Assembly: GCA_964555285.1 (NCBI GenBank)
Contig: CAZKRM010000001.1
Coordinates: 220,792-284,791, forward strand
DNA: 64,000 bases
Direction of reading: 5' to 3'
DNA from: an uncultured Nitrospiraceae bacterium
GTDB lineage: Bacteria; Nitrospirota; Nitrospiria; Nitrospirales; Nitrospiraceae
Shown: positions 60,793-64,000 of the stretch, one piece after another
Layout: each line of letters opens with the position of its first letter
Position numbering within the stretch: the stretch's first letter is position 1
Program-made: the position numbers and the translations under genes
Notes under the pieces: model-generated
Told to the model about the DNA's origin: nothing
Database searches by the model: none
Seen by the model: the letters and a program-made list of their open reading frames with translations, nothing else

Positions 60793-62162
60793 GCTTTCTT
60801 CTGATAGGTGCCTTGATGCTTGATCCAGTCGCAGCCCTTTTCCGGATTCGTGTACTCACTCCAGGGCTCCGGCTTCACTAACCCCTTCGACCGAGACACA
60901 ACCTTAAACTGGCCGTCTTTCAGGATCTCGCCGATCAGGACCGGCTTGTTCGTGTGGTGATTGGCTTCGTCCATCATGATTTCGCCGCCCGGCGCGAGGA
61001 ACTTCTGCCCGTACACCGCCTTGCGAACCGCGTCCACATCCGTCTTGCCGGCTTTCTCGACCGCCTGCTTCCAGATGTATACGCCGAAATAGGCCGCCTC
61101 CATCGGATCGTCCGTCACGCGCTTCTCGCCATCCGGCAGATTGTTCTTCTTGCAGTAGGCTTTGACGTTGGCGACGAACTGCTTGTTCTGCGGCGTGTCC
61201 ACACTCTGGTAATAGTTCCAGGCCGCCAGGTGCCCGACCAGCGCAGAGGTGTCCATCCCGCGCAACTCGTCTTCCGCCACGCTGAAGGCCATGATCGGCG
61301 CATCTTCCGCCCGCAGACCCTGGTTGGCAAACTCCTTATAGAAGGGCACGTTGCTGTCGCCGTTGATCGTGCTGATCACGCAGGCTCCGCCGCCGGCCGC
61401 AAACTTCTTAATCTTGCCGACGATCGTCTGATAGTCCTGGTGATGGAACGGCGTATACTCTTCCATGATGTTGGCTTCCGGCACTTTCTTCGCCAGCAAC
61501 ATCGCGCGAAGAATTTTGTTTGTCGTGCGCGGGTACACGTAGTCCGTTCCCAACAAGTAGAACTTCTTGTGCCCTCCGCCTTCCTTGCTCATCAAGTATT
61601 CCACCGCCGGCACGGCCTGCTGGTTCACCGCTGCGCCGGTGTAGAACACATTGTGCGAACACTCCTCGCCTTCGTACTGCACGGGATAGAACAGCAGGCC
61701 GTTGTTTTTCTCGAACACCGGCAGGACAGACTTGCGGCTGACCGATGTCCAGCAGCCGAACACCACCGCCACTTTATCTTGCAGCAGCAACTGTTTCGCC
61801 TTTTCCGCGAAGAGATCCCAGTTGGACGCGGGATCGACCACCACCGGCTGAATCTTGCGGCCCAGCACCCCGCCCTTCGCATTGATCTCCTCGACGGCCA
61901 TCAGCACGACATCTCGGAGTGAGACTTCGCTGATGGCCATCGTGCCGCTGAGTGAGTGCAGCACACCGATCTTGATCGGCTCCTTGTCCGCGGCATAGGA
62001 CAGGGCCCAGTTGCCCAGATTCCCAAGCAGGGCTGCCACTCCGATCCCGGCTGCCGTCCTCGATCCTTGAATCAGAAACTCGCGGCGGGAAGAACCGGCC
62101 TCCGGTGTACTTGTGCTATCGGCCTTGATCTCGCTCGTTTTCGTGTTGTCATTCGGTTCCAT
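60789..62162 (-). CDS. urtA: urea ABC transporter substrate-binding protein UrtA (Tat signal)
   Basis: 457 aa. [20 protein letters not shown] is a twin-arginine signal, on a LivK-like periplasmic binding fold. Confidence 0.92.
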   Translation of the reverse strand: MEPNDNTKTSEIKADSTSTPEAGSSRREFLIQGSRTAAGIGVAALLGNLGNWALSYAADKEPIKIGVLHSLSGTMAISEVSLRDVVLMAVEEINAKGGVLGRKIQPVVVDPASNWDLFAEKAKQLLLQDKVAVVFGCWTSVSRKSVLPVFEKNNGLLFYPVQYEGEECSHNVFYTGAAVNQQAVPAVEYLMSKEGGGHKKFYLLGTDYVYPRTTNKILRAMLLAKKVPEANIMEEYTPFHHQDYQTIVGKIKKFAAGGGACVISTINGDSNVPFYKEFANQGLRAEDAPIMAFSVAEDELRGMDTSALVGHLAAWNYYQSVDTPQNKQFVANVKAYCKKNNLPDGEKRVTDDPMEAAYFGVYIWKQAVEKAGKTDVDAVRKAVYGQKFLAPGGEIMMDEANHHTNKPVLIGEILKDGQFKVVSRSKGLVKPEPWSEYTNPEKGCDWIKHQGTYQKKA

Positions 62163-62194
62163 CGTCAGGCTCCTTTCGTCTCGATCGTACGAGA

Positions 62195-63571
62195 CTAGAA
62201 GTTGTACCAGCTCGACAGCATAAAGTTGTCGCCATGGTATTTCTCTGAACCACCTAAATTAACCGCAGCATTCGCCCAGGTCGTCATCAGATGGTTCCAC
62301 TCAAACGACATGTAGAAATCGCCATAAATGTGCCGGACTGCCGTGACATACGTGCGGTGGTTCAGCAGATATTGCTGATCCGCAATGCCTACGGTTCCTC
62401 GCAAATCAGAATTGATAGGATTGTCAAACCCATATCCCGCAATCAATGTGGTGTCCTTGTCGTGGGCATAATCCAACTCTCCCCATCCCACGATGGTCCT
62501 GATTTCTTTACCCGTGGTCAGATTCAGGTCTTGGGCAAACCGGAAGAACTCCAATCCCAAGGCCTGTCCATAGGCAAGTTCTCCAGAAAACTTCAGTTGC
62601 TTGGTGATCGGCACCGCTACTTCGGCCCCGACCAAGTAGGAAGTAATATTTTTCCCACCACCGCCAAAGCTTCCAGCACCAGTGGCGAACTGAGTGGGAG
62701 CAGACCGGTACGATCGATAGGCTGTGCTGAGCGCGACCATCGCGCCTTGCGCGTTATAGGCAAGCCGTGTTCCCAGATAAGGCATTAGCACAGGATCGTT
62801 GAAGGCGTTCTCAGAGCAGGTAAATTGGTTTGGCGCGCCACCGCAGGTATTGGCTGTAGGCGTAGAGCCAAATGCTCCTACCCCATTCCCTGAAAACGTT
62901 CTCCGTTGCGTATAGGGGTTGATCGCCGACAAACCACGCTCAAACCGCATGACCGTCACCAACCCTTCCACATTCTCCGTAAAGTTGTGTCGCACGGTGA
63001 TCTGCGGAAGACGTTGCCAGAGGTTCCCGTTATAGCCCATGATGGAGAAGTCCATCAGGTTGGCATGCGAGGACATGATCGGCGTCCAGTCCATACCGGC
63101 TGTGATGCTGGTCTTCCCGTTGTTGGGAGAGTACTTCGCATAGGCTAACCGCAGACGAGGCGGGATGTTGCCGGCGTTGTCCGTCTGACCGTAGAAATCC
63201 ATTTCGACGACACCAGTCAGGTTATGGGTACCATCCGTGCGGTCCCCACGAATGCCGAATACGCTATAACGCGGATTCAACGTCGTCGATCCGTTGCTGC
63301 TCTTGCCGGCTGCGGTCGCATACCCGTTGAACTGCCCTGGGTCCAGGGGGTTCGTGTTTCTGTTGCTATAGATCGCATCCAACTCGATGCGTCCGTAGGG
63401 CGTGATGCTGCCCTTGCCTTGCGAGGTAAACGCCGGGCTGATGCAGCCGCCGCAAATAATGCTCGGCACGCCGTCCTTGCCCTCTTCCGCCAACACAGGC
63501 GCCGCGCTCATGGCGAATGCGATGACGCCTAACCAGAGGCTCGCGCCTCTCCCCAACTGCCTTCTCATCAT
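62195..63571 (-). CDS. outer-membrane beta-barrel porin, possibly urea/short-chain-amide (FmdC-like) porin
   Basis: 458 aa. Signal peptide [28 protein letters not shown], alternating beta-strand pattern, and terminal ...SSWYNF. Specificity is inferred only from position upstream of urtA. Confidence 0.7.
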   Translation of the reverse strand: MMRRQLGRGASLWLGVIAFAMSAAPVLAEEGKDGVPSIICGGCISPAFTSQGKGSITPYGRIELDAIYSNRNTNPLDPGQFNGYATAAGKSSNGSTTLNPRYSVFGIRGDRTDGTHNLTGVVEMDFYGQTDNAGNIPPRLRLAYAKYSPNNGKTSITAGMDWTPIMSSHANLMDFSIMGYNGNLWQRLPQITVRHNFTENVEGLVTVMRFERGLSAINPYTQRRTFSGNGVGAFGSTPTANTCGGAPNQFTCSENAFNDPVLMPYLGTRLAYNAQGAMVALSTAYRSYRSAPTQFATGAGSFGGGGKNITSYLVGAEVAVPITKQLKFSGELAYGQALGLEFFRFAQDLNLTTGKEIRTIVGWGELDYAHDKDTTLIAGYGFDNPINSDLRGTVGIADQQYLLNHRTYVTAVRHIYGDFYMSFEWNHLMTTWANAAVNLGGSEKYHGDNFMLSSWYNF

Positions 63572-63631
63572 GCCCTCCTCCTGGTTAATGTATTTGTTTC
63601 CACGCGCATCACGGTAGGCCGGCCATAAGGC

Positions 63632-63676
63632 AAAAAAAAACGCCCTTCAGTCCATACCGTGGACCCAAAGGGCGCC
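63632..63676 (-). terminator. rho-independent terminator downstream of mtnA
   Basis: Minus strand: GGCGCCCTTTGGGTCCA CGGT ATGGACTGAAGGGCG followed by T9, preceded by GGACAAAG. Confidence 0.8.
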
Positions 63677-63759
63677 TTTGTCCTTATTCCTTCCGCTGCA
63701 TAACAGAGTATCCTATACGCTAGTGTGAGGTAAAACGCAAGGCCGCGTGCATACAACGA

Positions 63760-64000
63760 TTACTGCGAAGTCGCCTTGAACCGGTCGGCTAGTTCATGTG
63801 GCTTGAACACACCACGCTCCGTGACGATAGCGGTGATGTACTCGGCCGGAGTGACGTCAAATGCAGGATTGAGCACGCTCACGCCGACAGGCGCGATGGG
63901 ATGGCTGCCATGGACGGACGTGACTTCGTTGGGATTGCGTTGTTCGATGGGAATCTGCTCGCCGGATTCGGTGGCGAGATCGATCGTGGAATACGGCGCG
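63760..64000 (-). CDS. mtnA: S-methyl-5-thioribose-1-phosphate isomerase MtnA (C-terminal fragment, N-terminus beyond window end)
   Basis: Absent from the track because it runs off the window. My translation is ...[89 protein letters not shown](I/V)TE.G is the MtnA/eIF-2B-like C-terminus. Confidence 0.8.
   Translation of the reverse strand, partial: APYSTIDLATESGEQIPIEQRNPNEVTSVHGSHPIAPVGVSVLNPAFDVTPAEYITAIVTERGVFKPHELADRFKATSQ

Noticed and set aside
63700-63715. GTATAGGATAC near the mtnA-porin spacer as a possible NtcA-type site (GTA-N8-TAC)
   Set aside because: The spacing is 5 nt rather than 8, it lies upstream of the terminator, and no associated -10 box is present.

Overview
GC-rich bacterial chromosomal segment, coded almost entirely on the minus strand. 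Gene content is most consistent with a Nitrospira-type nitrifier (taxonomy is inference). It carries urease with a urea ABC transporter and porin, cyanase with an NrtABD/CynABD-type transporter, three Amt paralogs, PII/GlnD/GlnA, a split GlnE, and an octaheme cytochrome c next to Rieske/cytochrome b genes. The left half is housekeeping: Ppx/GppA, recG, purF-purL, purQ-purS, purC-purB, nusB, ribH, ribBA, then rpoH-groES-groEL on the plus strand. I recognised no rRNA, tRNA, CRISPR array or transposase. Four things are not explained by ordinary annotation. (1) A 1 kb toxin-antitoxin cassette is spliced into the 5' end of purL. It is flanked by a diverged 73-nt duplication of the purL start, is ATGA-coupled at both junctions, and sits next to a low-GC mrr gene. 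(2) About 14 intercistronic hairpins have arms built from tandem 7-8 nt units, for example (CTGAGTT)n/(AACTCAG)n. (3) Ten copies of a ~95-bp repeat share a conserved core but have locus-specific, self-complementary arms, and arm mismatches are strongly biased to G-T wobbles on the top strand. (4) A pair of small paralogous proteins (WAQxxxAVDRLxRxG motif) is present; one is translationally wedged between two amt genes and the other follows the octaheme cytochrome gene. Many long ORFs in the supplied track are antisense shadows of real genes and were ignored. Several track ORFs begin with GTG/TTG or run upstream through repeat elements, so I adjusted their starts.
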